Origin: Orbicella franksi
Lineage: Eukaryota
Direction: 5' to 3'
Length of the DNA: 64,000 nucleotides
Assembly (NCBI GenBank): GCA_964199315.1
Contig: OZ116707.1
Coordinates: 26,040,001 to 26,104,000 of the forward strand
The notes below the pieces were generated by a model. That model saw only the letters and a program-made list of their open reading frames with translations. It was not told the DNA's origin and made no database searches. Each line of letters begins with the position of its first letter. Within the stretch, counting starts at the first letter, position 1. The position numbers and the translations under genes are program-made. Positions 1 through 11,234 of this stretch are shown here, one piece after another.

Positions 1-1180
1 ACCACGTAAAAACGATCTATTAACAAAATTGTGTAACGGTGATGAAATTGAAGTTACTCTGCGAAAGCGAATCTATCAAGTGTATATTTTCAGTTTTAGT
101 TGCTGGAATAAATTTCTCAAGTTGTTTTGCTAACATTTGTTTACCAAAAAGATTCCATAGCTCGCCCTTGTTTTGTGATTGATAATGTCATCAGACGCGC
201 ATGCGTGGCTTGCTTTTTCTAAAGTTTGAATATCTTCTTCTGACAATGAAACGTTCTTGTCTTTTCCGCCTTTGGTGCGCAGGTTGCATTTTCAAAATGT
301 AACACTCGCGTCACTTCTTAAGACATATTCACATCTTCTTCTTTGAAAAGTCCGGTTGGTTGTTTTTTTTTTCAATCGACAAAACAATCGATACTCCTGA
401 AGACAGGAATTATCGATTGTTGTCAATTTTTGCCAATCGTTAGCAATCGATAAAGATATTTTTCTGTGAGTTCGATTGTTATATCGATTGAATCCATTGA
501 TTTCCGATATCGATTTTTATTGATTGACTACGCCTGGACATGTAAATACTCTCTAATATTGGAAGTTTTTTCAAAGCACCAACACCGTTATTTCTCAGCT
601 GATTCCGTTAGGGGGCTACTCTTAGCACAAAAAATTGACAACGTAACTTTTCCACCAATTCCAGCAATAACAAAAAAACAACAACAACAACAAAACTATA
701 TTCTTTTTTCAATAATTTACATGAATTTTAGGTTAATGAGTTGTGTTACATCTACACTTTATTATTAGAAATAATTAAGTTAGAAACTTAAATATAATGA
801 CAGATAAACCTGCAGGTAGTCTAGGCTAATCTAGGCGGGCCACATCTATATTTATATTATGCCATTAACATGCAATAAGCTTATTATCCAACTATTTGGA
901 CAAAGATTTATGAAAATTTTATTACAAGCGTTATAACCAGAGATAAGCTAAGCGATGGGTGGAAATTAATCAGGCTCTAAATTTAAGAATTTGAGTCAGG
1001 GTATTGACATTGAAGAACGCAGTTCAGTAAGTCGTTTTATCAGAAACAACGCGTGACTTAGATTGCTGAGAATTGTTCAAAAGAAACTCAAGAAAGGTCT
1101 CAGTCATAGCGTACCATAAATTCCGATAATGCGCTTATCTTTCAGAAACCTTCTTTTCAAAAGGTTTTTGGGTGCGTTAA

Positions 1181-1445
1181 GGGTGCGTTTCTTTAGGAAA
1201 AGCCAAGATTAGATTCTTAAATCCGAGAACGGATTTTGCGTTTCATTACTAAACTGATTGATCCAAGATAACTCGGATGATTGTCCATCAAAGGAACCGA
1301 AGAATCCTTGCCCAGAGTGGATTTTTCGGTTCCTTTGATGCACCATAATCCGAGTGATCTTGGATTAAGCTGTTTAGTAAAGAAACGCAAAATCCGTTTT
1401 TGGATTTGAGAATCCACTCTTAGACTTTCCCAAAGAAACGCACCC
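1181..1445. mobile_element. Palindromic MITE, PIF/Harbinger (Tourist)-like
   Basis: Ends GGGTGCGTTTCTTTAGGAAA ... TTTCCCAAAGAAACGCACCC are inverted copies, and the arms pair along nearly the whole length. TAA flanks both sides (1178-1180, 1446-1448). The core CATCAAAGGAACCGA...CCAGAGTGGATT...CGGTTCCTTT is shared with 18445-18628. Confidence 0.85.
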
Positions 1446-3439
1446 TAAGTTTCGAGGGAGTTTAATATCATCAGAAGGAATTTGAGTGACAAGAATGTTT
1501 GGGGTTATATTGGCAAGGGGTGTTGAAAATTTTTGTTGCAGACAAGAAGTATATATCCGCATGGTAAAACGTAAACTCTGTTCGATATTCTAGTTTCGAT
1601 AATTTTTGTTTCTACGTTTCTAAGCATAAAGTAACATAAATAAAAACCGAAAATATGAAACAAGCTTTATAACAGGGGGCCTATTATAAATATTGCCTGT
1701 GGGGGGTGGGGAAGCTTACTATCGCTGGGACTCTTTTGCTCCTTAGGAGATTTGGGGGATTATTGTCGGGGTCTGGGGATATTTGTTGTCAAAACGTTTT
1801 TTCCTTATTGATGATCTTCCCTCAAACGGTTGTAACTTTATAGTTGCTGTCGATTCTGATCAATTTATTTACAGTTCAATCTTTTCTCGCGCTGATACTC
1901 CGTCTTCATGCTTCTCAACGTTGCAGAGACACTCTGTTGGACAAAATACGTTCACGCACTAAGCAGGTATTTATTGACGTTTTCTCCGGCAATATCCGTC
2001 TAGAACTTCTGTTGAAGCGATTTATAGTTCACACAGGAATTTTAGAGTAAAGAACTGTGATACTTTCAGTTTTGAAACAATCTTAGGACATACAATTTCA
2101 GCTTGAAAGTATTTTAGCGTGTAGTTATACTAAAACATTCTTTGCAGAATTTAACGTGCGTCCAAACAAAAGTCGACTCAAAGGAAGCAACCAGTATCGT
2201 CTTAGAAGCACTGAACAGGTAAAAATCGGGCATGTTGCTTCGTACGTCAAAAGAGTACGAAATATGGCATAAGAAAGCATTTAATTTCAGCAAAGAACGT
2301 TCGCTTTTTTGTGAAATTAAAAAGACTTATAGCCTCTCCAAGGTTTCCATACTGAAACGTGAATAGTGACGCCAAGTTGTTGTTGTTTTTCTTATATAGT
2401 ATCGCATATATATTGTACAAGATGATTTTAAGATCCAAAACTCAATGTTATCTCGAATCGTCGATTTATCAGTTAAGACCGACTTCATGAGTCAAAATGT
2501 CTCCTGAACAATATACACGGCTATGTTTGCGACACGATTGAACAATAATTATGTATCCTTAACATGATCAGGTTATGTTCCATTTCACGGATGATGCTGT
2601 TTAGATATAAAAATTAACTGGTGAATTTTTTGTGATCCCATTGTGCGAGTTATATCTTTGAAACTTACATGCACATGTACATGTAACTCTAGTACAATTG
2701 ACACCTAGGTTCTTTTCTTTAGTAAAAATATGAAATTGTATATGTTGTATTTGCAAATTTTCAACACACCAAATTGTCTTCTTTTCAAAATCTCACCCTC
2801 GTGTTTATTCTTAAAATATTCTTAAAATTTCGCAAATTTCAGTCTTGATACTCTTATAAAATATATTCTTATAAAAAATATGACACGTCTAGATACGCAG
2901 TGTTGAGATCTAGAAACCCCTCATATATCAATCATATTTCTTGCCATTACCAAAAATCTTTCACCTGCTAAAATATTAAACGTTTCATTTACTCAGTTTT
3001 AAAATGCCTTCGAGCATCGGTTTATGGCTATGATATCTTGTCTCCTTTGGCTCTACCGATACTAACTGTGATCCAACGACTATCTTTGATCCCCTGATTC
3101 CTGTCCAAACCTTAGGCAAACGTATTGATATGCTTCGGAGGCTACATAGTCAGTAGAGCTGTAACATTTTAACGTAGAACTGAGTGTACTCCGTGAGTTT
3201 ATTTTAAGATAAAAGTAAAAGTAAACGTTTCGATTTTAGAAATGAGAGTTATTCGTTCTGCGTTATTCTGAATAATTAAAAGTGGAGTAGCAATCTTTGT
3301 ATTCAATGTTGTTTGGTAGCTACTTCCTGACCTCATTGCATTCAGTGATTTTTTTAACAATTAGTCACGCATTAATTCTTCACTCTGTACAACAGTAAGC
3401 AGGTGAAAGGTGACACTAAACAAAAGGAGTATTAATTAG

Positions 3440-3857
3440 GACGTGGTGGTTACTAAAACAAGGAATGATTTAAAATGACATGAAATGACTTACAATGACC
3501 TGAAATGATCGAACACGATTGAAAATAATCTTGACTGATGTCTAAAATGACCAAGAATAACGTTTAATTAAGCCTGCCTAAAAGATCTAAGATAGTAATT
3601 GGCAACAGTACAATGACCTGAAGAAATCTGAAGTGGCCTACTAAGTGAAACCATCCTCATTTGGGAAGATTTCAGATATCAGACAAGGTTATTTTCGATC
3701 ATTCGTGGTCATTTTAGGTCATTTTAGGTCATTTTAAGTCATTTCAGGTCATTCAGTTCAGAATTCAGTCAAGCTTATTTTGGGTCATTGTAAATCATTT
3801 AATTTTAGTTAATTTCAAATCATGTTTGGCCATTTCGTGTTTAGCCGAACTACGCTT
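3440..3857. mobile_element. Foldback-like element with 10-bp tandem repeats in opposite orientation in its two arms
   Basis: The left arm has degenerate (AAATGACCTA)n and the right arm has (TAGGTCATTT)n. The termini are degenerate inverted copies (GACGTGGTGGTTACTAAAACAAGGAATG / CATTTCGTGTTTAGCCGAACTACGC). Confidence 0.6.
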
Positions 3858-4373
3858 TATGGAGTGGTCTACTGGAAAGTGAAGCACAGTTGAAGCAAAT
3901 TTTAAAACCTGTAGTCTTGAGTGATAGTGCCTCGACCCAGCGAATGACTTATTCTCTAAACTTTCGGTTTTCAATTATCATTTGTTTGGGTTGGGTATCA
4001 CATTATTTAAAGGGACATACAAGTTACACAGTATAAGTTATATTTGACAATTCTTATATCCCTCGAACTGCGAAGCATGAAGCAAGTGACGTTTGATCCA
4101 CCTAAGTACAACGTCCCTTTACAAACTATAAAACATTAAAAATAATCATCCTTCTTTTGACACTGCATGTTTTTTTCCTGAATTTTTAAAAACGATATAA
4201 TTTAAATTACCAAAATTTAACATTTTAGGATTGTTGTCACCGTTGTGTTAGTGATTTATGGATGACGCTTTGGAAAAGATGTCTGCTGTATTGACAAAAT
4301 GACTTACCATGTTAAATGAGGTTATTACATCACGTTTTTTTTTTTTTTTTCGTCAAAAGGAACATTTCTGAAC

Positions 4374-4505
4374 TGGCCTGCTCTAGGCTCTCAGTCAGTG
4401 TGGTCGATCAAAAAGCGGGTGGGCGACGAGCGAGTCTGGGAGAGAGACGGAGACCCCGACTGATTCTTTGATCGTCTCTACTGACCGGGAGCCTGGAACA
4501 GGTTA
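4374..4505. mobile_element. Short MITE
   Basis: Imperfect TIRs TGGCCTGCTCTAGGCTCTCAGTCAGT ... ACTGACCGGGAGCCTGGAACAGGTTA. Confidence 0.6.
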
Positions 4506-5464
4506 TTTGTGAACATACTATATACCACTTAAGCATCGTGATCATTGCTTGAATATTGCTGAGTTACAGATCGGGGGGGAAGGGGACAGATTCCTCCCCC
4601 TCCCCCTCCTTACGCGATTGTAGAAGACCGAAAACTCCCAGTCTGAAAAAGGTCTTTTTTTTTGCAAATTTGTAGCTCATAAAAAAATTAACAGGTATTC
4701 AACGCGCGATGTGATGTCTACCTGACATCAATGTTAGGGATATGATCTCATGTTAGAAAAGTCATCTGTTGTGCTAAAATAATCATTTTGTTCAGGCGTA
4801 TTCAGTGGTTTTTGCTACATGCTTTCACTCAGCCTTTCACCTGTCGACACCACTCCTCCAGCATTTAACCCCCCCCCCCCCCCCCGCCTACCCCTTGGCG
4901 TTCTGTCCCTCTCCTCCTTCTCCGGCATGGGCAAAAAAACCGCCTTTCTACTACCCCTTCGTTAGCTCCCGGTACTACGATTATCAGTTTGGTCACCAGG
5001 TTTTAACGTGAAAATCGTGTTGTTGTCATGGGCGACTGGCTCCGTTTCCAGTGGCAACTTGTCGGCCTTTGACGTCATTAGCAGCAAAGAGTGCGAAATT
5101 GTAGGCTACGCGACAGGCGACGCACGGCTGTTGATATTGTTACCAATGGAAACGAGGTAAGTTGCCCGTGGCAATACCGTAATTTTAAGGCCAAAACTTC
5201 GTCACCAAACTGCCGTCGTGCCTTATTCAACTGATACTCGTAGTAAGGACAATTACCCCGCGAAGATTAATGATCAAGCGAACGAGCGAACGAACGATCA
5301 AGTGAACGAGAGAATGTTTCTGTCGTGCATTGTATAGGGTGATCGTTAATGACATCATTGTTTATGTATATTTTTCCCCGTTAGCATAAAACTTTACCCA
5401 GAGACGGCTTCATGCCCGGTATATAGGATTTGACTCCAAACATTTAGAGGGCTTCTGAAACTTA

Positions 5465-5760
5465 GTAACTGATGAATTGTTTGGCTCTTTGGGTGTAATA
5501 TTGAAGGAGAAACTGGCTTTCAAACAATGCAGGATTTCTGTCATTGTGGCGAAAGCCCTAATGAGAAAATACGTTTTGTGAAAAATTTTGAGATTTTAAA
5601 CTCGCGTCGCACAAAGAGTATTCAATGACTTGGGCTCAAATTTCCTGGAAAAATTAATCGTGCCATACCTTTTCAATAATCAAAGCTGATATTTTTGAGG
5701 TTTGATCAGAAACAATGTTGCTTCTGCTGACGAGGCCAATGTAGAACAAAGATTTTCTTA
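5465..5760 (+). repeat. Diverged ~300-bp direct repeat; second copy at ~11665-11940
   Basis: GCTCTTTGGGTGTAATATT(G/C)AAGGAGAAA...TATTCAAT...ATCAGAAAC aligns between the two loci, which lie about 4.8 and 5.3 kb upstream of the GPCR1 and GPCR2 starts. Confidence 0.7.
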
Positions 5761-7740
5761 TTAAGCCATAAATATTGGTGTTTCGCCTATGATACTGGTT
5801 GCTCCTTCACGCCGCATTGTAGTATCCAAGAATAAATTAAAATCAATTTAATTGAAGTGTTGGAAATTCAGTTTAAGTAGTGTTGCCTCCAGCATTAACG
5901 GATAGCTCCTATTAACTACCTTTAACCTGCCTCAGTTGCAAAATGGATCGACATTTAACAAACATGTTCACGAACCGAATAAGCAAATGAGAACTAACAT
6001 AGATATCTTGTGTTTTTACTGAGAAAGCATTTTCGTAATGAAAATCGGATTTGATTATTTTCGGTGTAGCTTCTTTAGTTTATTATAACTGTTTACGCAA
6101 CTTAATTTAGACTTGGAGTGCTAGATACTAGCAGTAAAAACAACGCCTTTGTCGAGCTGCCAGAGGCAAAAACAAAAAGTGCTGATGGATGCTAATAAAA
6201 ACTCTGCCCTAGGGAACGATTCCTTTTCGGTTAAAAGGATATAAGAGTTAAAATTAAAAAAAAAAATCACAATAGCAAACTGACAGCGAACGACTAACAC
6301 AGGTAAGCAAATCATCACTTGTTTGTATGTTTTGTTATAAATACTACTCAACATGAAGATTTAAGATACCATTTCTTAAAACCTGGTTCACATCAAAAAG
6401 CTGTTATTTTCTCATAAGGTAATCGTTCATTTGACATTGTAAGAGGTTCAACGCGGTGGTTTTCCAATGATTAATATCTTTTCGTTCGGTAAGTTACCTT
6501 ACTCGAAAATATTGTAAAAAGACTTCATTTCACTGTACACATCCAGAACAAACCTTACCTTTCGCGAGTGACAGTTAACGTACCGTTATGCTCTGAAACG
6601 GTTAATTTGTTTTTGCTCTTGTCTGGATCAAACGATGTGGTACTATCAAAAACAAGTAATGTTTCTGGAGTAGTTTTACAGCAAGAAAGGTCAAAATCAA
6701 AAAGTGTTTCTGTTTTTTGGGTATGATGACTGTAGTTTTTTTAAAGAGTATTGTGGGAGTTTCGCATGCATAACGAAAGATCGATACAAAGGCACGAAAG
6801 TGATATCTCTGTGAGAATAGCTTCAATTGGCGTTTCAGCTGTCACGTTCTCAATTCTATATTCGATGTACCAATGTCTTAGTGAAAGGACGGGCACGCGA
6901 CATGTTGCCTGATAAATACTCATGAACTCATTTCTTGGTAGAAAAATTCAATTATACCAAATACATCAAAGACCGACAGAGGAGGCTTTTAGCTTACGAT
7001 TCCAATAGAAACTGGTAGGGTCTCCCATTTGCAGTTTATAACAAAGATTCCTCTTGAGATAAACATAACAAGCAATTTAAAAGCCTCGGGATCTTTTAAA
7101 TTTTAACTAGCGTCGGAATAATTAGAGTGTGGATTAATCGCAGGCTTTTAACAAAGGTAAAATAGCTGACAAAAAAAAAAAAAGCCGCGAAAATGTTGTT
7201 TAGATATTGGCCTGCATATCTGCCGTTATTGATGGACTTTGTTGCTGAAAATTACCAGACTAGGGCTTGCGATCGTGTCAGTTTATATGACACGTTGGGC
7301 ATTTGTCCTCGCAATTTTATCCTTTGGCCATTAAAAAATATATGCGCACACGTTCTAGAAACTCGAACATTCTAGCGGATGGAAATGAAATTTAATAGTG
7401 ACAATGTTTAACATTGTCAATATGTACTTCCAAGTTTTATGACACAAGGCTACTTGCCATGTGCTCCAGCAAAGCAAATCAACGGGAGCTATCTCAGTCA
7501 GATTCCTGTTTCCGTTTTTCTAGAGCGTTCTGTCCGCAGAGGTCTTGCTTTCCGCTATTTGAATAACCTGTCTTTTTATTTGTCGGCGGATATGTAAATT
7601 CAGGCACAGACCCAAAAATTAATATGTAATGACCGACTTCCATTGAAAAATAATAAGTGTTTGGAAAGGTTTCAGATGCAACTGGCATTTTCTTCCCCAC
7701 AAACCACGTCACGTAACACTCCGCTTTAAAGTGTACCAAA

Positions 7741-7786
7741 CCGTTCTGCGGGCGCTTATTCCAGATTTCTGTTCTCTCTGGTAAGA
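7741..7786 (+). promoter_or_regulatory. Putative end of a non-coding 5' exon of GPCR1 (donor after 7780)
   Basis: TTCTCTCTG|GTAAGAAAAT resembles CACTG|GTAAGGAAAT (13990) and TACTG|GTAAGGAAAT (22382) upstream of the other two paralogs. Confidence 0.45.
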
Positions 7787-10011
7787 AAATTAATCATTCT
7801 GTTCTCTAAATTTATTTAAGGGAATGAAAACCTTGATGATTCTAGTATTCTGAAAAATTGATAGTTATAGCCAAGTTTGTGGGTCCGGCGTAGTTTTGGA
7901 TGCGATGCGACGTTTCGGAGAGGAACGCAAACAGATCACGGTTGGAAGTTGCGCGTTAAGTTGCAGAAAAATTACGTTTGAAGTGATCCTTGTTTAAGTT
8001 TTGAAACTGAGCCTCATTAAGCGACAAAATACATACTCTTTTTAAGAGAATTACTCGTATGCCAACGTAGGTAGGGTATTTTTATCGGGTCCATCCGTAA
8101 TTAAGTTCTGAATCAGTAGGAGACTGAGCGTTAGTAAACAACAGAATTTGAACTGTTCTTTTAGTTCTTGTTTTATCAGTTTGTATTGCGTGGGATCATT
8201 AGAATTCATAACATAACATAACATTTGCTAACATGACGTTTAGCAAAGAAAATTTTGTAACGCTGAAATGCGAAATATTGTAAAAGTGTGTCAATCAACA
8301 GCCATTGTATTGAGATTGACGGTTAGTCCATCAAGTAAGCATATCAAGGGTATGCAAAGACATCCAAACTGAATTTTTCTCATTTAATGAGAATACTGTG
8401 TATTTGTTTCGCTGTCCGTTTTTTGGATATCGATTGCTTGGCGGCAGAATTGTTAGCGCGTTTGGATTATAAATGTTTCAATTAAGAATCGTTTTCAATT
8501 CGGGACGGCCTGGTACCCTCATCTAAGAAAATAAAGTTTTCTGCCGCAAACTTTGAAAATAGAATTTCCTCTGGAGAAAACCCTGGTTATCAAATTTCAA
8601 CAGGAAATGCATACAAATAAATCGGCGGGAACGTTTATTCAATGACCAAAATTGAATTAATTGGAACACAAAACTGCTATTCATCTTGGGACGTCAGCTA
8701 AAAACAATGCTAGTCTCTAAGCGAAGAGGCATAAAGTAGGCAGTACCGACAAAAGTCTAAAGATATTACAATTTTTTCAAGTCATGACTGTACCATTATT
8801 AACATAACTATTTATCCCGCGCGATGGACAAAACAAAATCTTTAGAAAATCTTCTTTTCTGGTGCACTTCGTTAGGAGACAAACCATTCTCTTGTAATAC
8901 ATTTTTGAAAGATATCTCTCGTTTACCTAGAGTGCGTTTTTAAATAATTTTAATCTGTTTCATATTAAATGAGAGGGAATTGCAGTTGGCGGTATATGAG
9001 AACGAAGTTTAACCTTTGACTATGTAAAATAATTTTTGCGGTATTTTTTTAAAAGGCCCGTTTTGAATAATCTCCAAGAAAAAAAAATGCAAATTAATTC
9101 AAAGTAGTAACCTCTAGCGATCTTGAGGCGAGAATGCATTTGCTCATTAAAAAAAGAAATACTGCAACAAGATTCAATTAGAATTCTGAAATTAAAGTTA
9201 ATGCGGTCAAAAGCCTCCCTGACGAACACTTATTTTGTCACTTATTTTACGCAGGACCCATGTTGATAGCAGTTTTTATAACTAAAATGGTCATCTTGCA
9301 TAAATATGTTTTATATTATTACATCATAACACTTCTAGACTGAGCGATCGCCTCCAGAAAGCAACCATTTAAAAACTAAATTATCGGCCAACTCACAATA
9401 CGGAGAACTTATCGTTGCGACAAGCTCCTGAAATTGAGTGGGACCACTTTGATGGGTTGATGGTTAAGAATTTGCTAAAATCTATCCAAATTAAATTACT
9501 ACTTCTTTTTGAGAGAAAGTGTTTTGGGGATCATAGATACTTCCCCTCGTAATCGACACCTTGCTGTAATTATTTCGAAGCGACCACAGAGGCCTCACAC
9601 TTTATCAAAGTTTCGACAGTACTGACGGATACAATGGATAATTCTATATCGCTAGCAGATTCTTCCACGGTTTTAAATGAAACCATAGTAATGCAAGTAT
9701 AAATGTATATCTGCTTACTTACAGTGCTAAATATGAAGTTACACCATATATGTGTTCCTGTCTGGCTTTTTAATGAGCTTCTTCTTCTCTCAGCTGACTC
9801 AGAATCAATACTTTGGTCACGTTTTGAGCTACTGATTTAAACAGTTGGTCTGGCACAGCGTCTAGTTAACTGTGTGTCTCTCTTCCTGAATGTGTCAGAA
9901 AATAATACGAGAATACAAGTCAATATATGAAATATCATACCTATGAAATTTTACCACATAATCGGGTCCCAGATTTGGTACATCGTGGCTCTTCTGTCAT
10001 GTGTCTAGTTC

Positions 10012-10262
10012 ATATTCTTTAACCTCTACTGGTATATTACGAACTCACAACTTGACCAGCTCCCAGCTGGCTTGATAGCTCAGTTGGTAGAGCACTGCAC
10101 CGGTATCGCAGAGGTCATGGGTTTGAATTCCGTTCAGGCCTGAATTTTTTTCAGGCTTTAATTCACAACTGCTCAATTTGCGTATAAATGTGATGATCAA
10201 TCATGTCTTCATATCTTTCTCCGCGATTCAAATATATGATATTTCATATATTCACTTGTATT
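10012..10262 (+). mobile_element. tRNA-derived SINE-like repeat ending at the GPCR1 splice acceptor
   Basis: Contains a tRNA-like head (10069-10141), then GCCTGAATTTTTTTCAGGC and an AT-rich tail ending CATATATTCACTTGTATT. I recognise this from memory as an abundant coral repeat; it was not searched. Confidence 0.75.
10069..10141 (+). pseudogene. tRNA-Thr(GGT)-like cloverleaf, probably the SINE head rather than a functional tRNA
   Basis: Acceptor stem GGCTTGA/TCAGGCC, D arm GCTC-AGTTGGTA-GAGC, anticodon arm CTGCA-CCGGTAT-CGCAG (one mismatch, C instead of U33), T arm ATGGG-TTTGAAT-TCCGT (B box C>T). Confidence 0.7.
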
Positions 10263-10280
10263 TTCCAGATAGAGGTAACA

Positions 10281-11234
10281 ATGGCAACGAATAACACATC
10301 ATTGGCCAGACCAACAGAGTCCATACTTCATATTAACAAAGAGGAAGGATATTTCTGGTGTTCTCTGTTTATTCTTGAGGCGATCATCATCGTTGTACTC
10401 AATATGCTTACGATTATCGTCTTCACCAAGGACCGACACGTGCGCAAGCGCAGCACGTATTTGCTTATCAACCTATCAGCGGCTGATATCGGTGTGGGAG
10501 GACTTGTTATACCTACTGCTGTTTTTCGTCGCGGGAACACTTATGGACTTTGGAATGTTGAAATGACTCCCGCCTTGTTCATTTCCACATATGGAGTTGA
10601 CACACTGTTTTTTGGGTGTTCTCTTGCGTTTTTGGTCTCCATTTCAGTTGAGAGACTGTACGCTACAAGAAAACCAATGAGGCATCGGTCTATGACAGGA
10701 ATGACATACAAAATTTGGATGTCTTGCGTATGGGTTGCGTCTTTCATTTATACAACTGTCGTAGTTTTGTTCTTGTTTTACGACATAATCGGGTTGCAGA
10801 TTTGGTACATCGTGGCTTCATGCGTCTTCATTTCGCTTTTGATTTTAACCTTTAGTTACTGCGCGATATTTGTCACAGTGCGATGCAGTGAACAACCCCA
10901 GCACTCGCATCGCGGCCAGGTTAGAAAGGAACGAAAGCTTACTATGACACTGTTCATGGTCACGCTGGTCTCCTTGTCAGTCTGGATTCCGTACGTGTTA
11001 TTCACTTTCCTGGAGTCTCATCTGTCACGACAGTTCTCTCCAGAAGGGCTTTTACGCGCGCGGGGCGTTTGTGAGGCTCTATTTTTTGCCAACTCCTTTG
11101 TGAATCCGATACTGTACACGATCAGAATTCCACAGTTTAGAAGAGCAAGTATTAATCTGATAACTTGTCCTGCAAAGACTGGAAGCGCACAAATGTCTTC
11201 ATTGTCGTTGGACAGTGTAGGAGTGGACAAATAA
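10281..11234 (+). CDS. Class A (rhodopsin-like) GPCR, paralog 1 of a tandem triplet (317 aa); orphan adenosine/melanocortin/amine-receptor-like type
   Basis: Seven TM segments with LN (TM1), LSAAD (TM2), ERL (DRY site), SVWIP (TM6) and NPILY (TM7), plus N-terminal NNT sequon. Acceptor TTTTCCAG at 10268 and an ATG homologous to paralogs 2 and 3 place the start at 10281; the ORF-track ATG at 10203 lies in the SINE. Confidence 0.93.
   Translation: MATNNTSLARPTESILHINKEEGYFWCSLFILEAIIIVVLNMLTIIVFTKDRHVRKRSTYLLINLSAADIGVGGLVIPTAVFRRGNTYGLWNVEMTPALFISTYGVDTLFFGCSLAFLVSISVERLYATRKPMRHRSMTGMTYKIWMSCVWVASFIYTTVVVLFLFYDIIGLQIWYIVASCVFISLLILTFSYCAIFVTVRCSEQPQHSHRGQVRKERKLTMTLFMVTLVSLSVWIPYVLFTFLESHLSRQFSPEGLLRARGVCEALFFANSFVNPILYTIRIPQFRRASINLITCPAKTGSAQMSSLSLDSVGVDK

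Noticed and set aside
1843-3160. Several AG/GT-bounded plus-strand segments (about 1844-1966, 2148-2218, 2474-2571) as a gene
   Set aside because: No consistent open frame or recognisable protein could be assembled; at most a non-coding transcript.
10203-10280. ORF-track N-terminal extensions of GPCR1 (from 10203) and GPCR3 (from 24046)
   Set aside because: They lie upstream of conserved splice acceptors (SINE or intron sequence). The homologous starts are 10281 and 24073.
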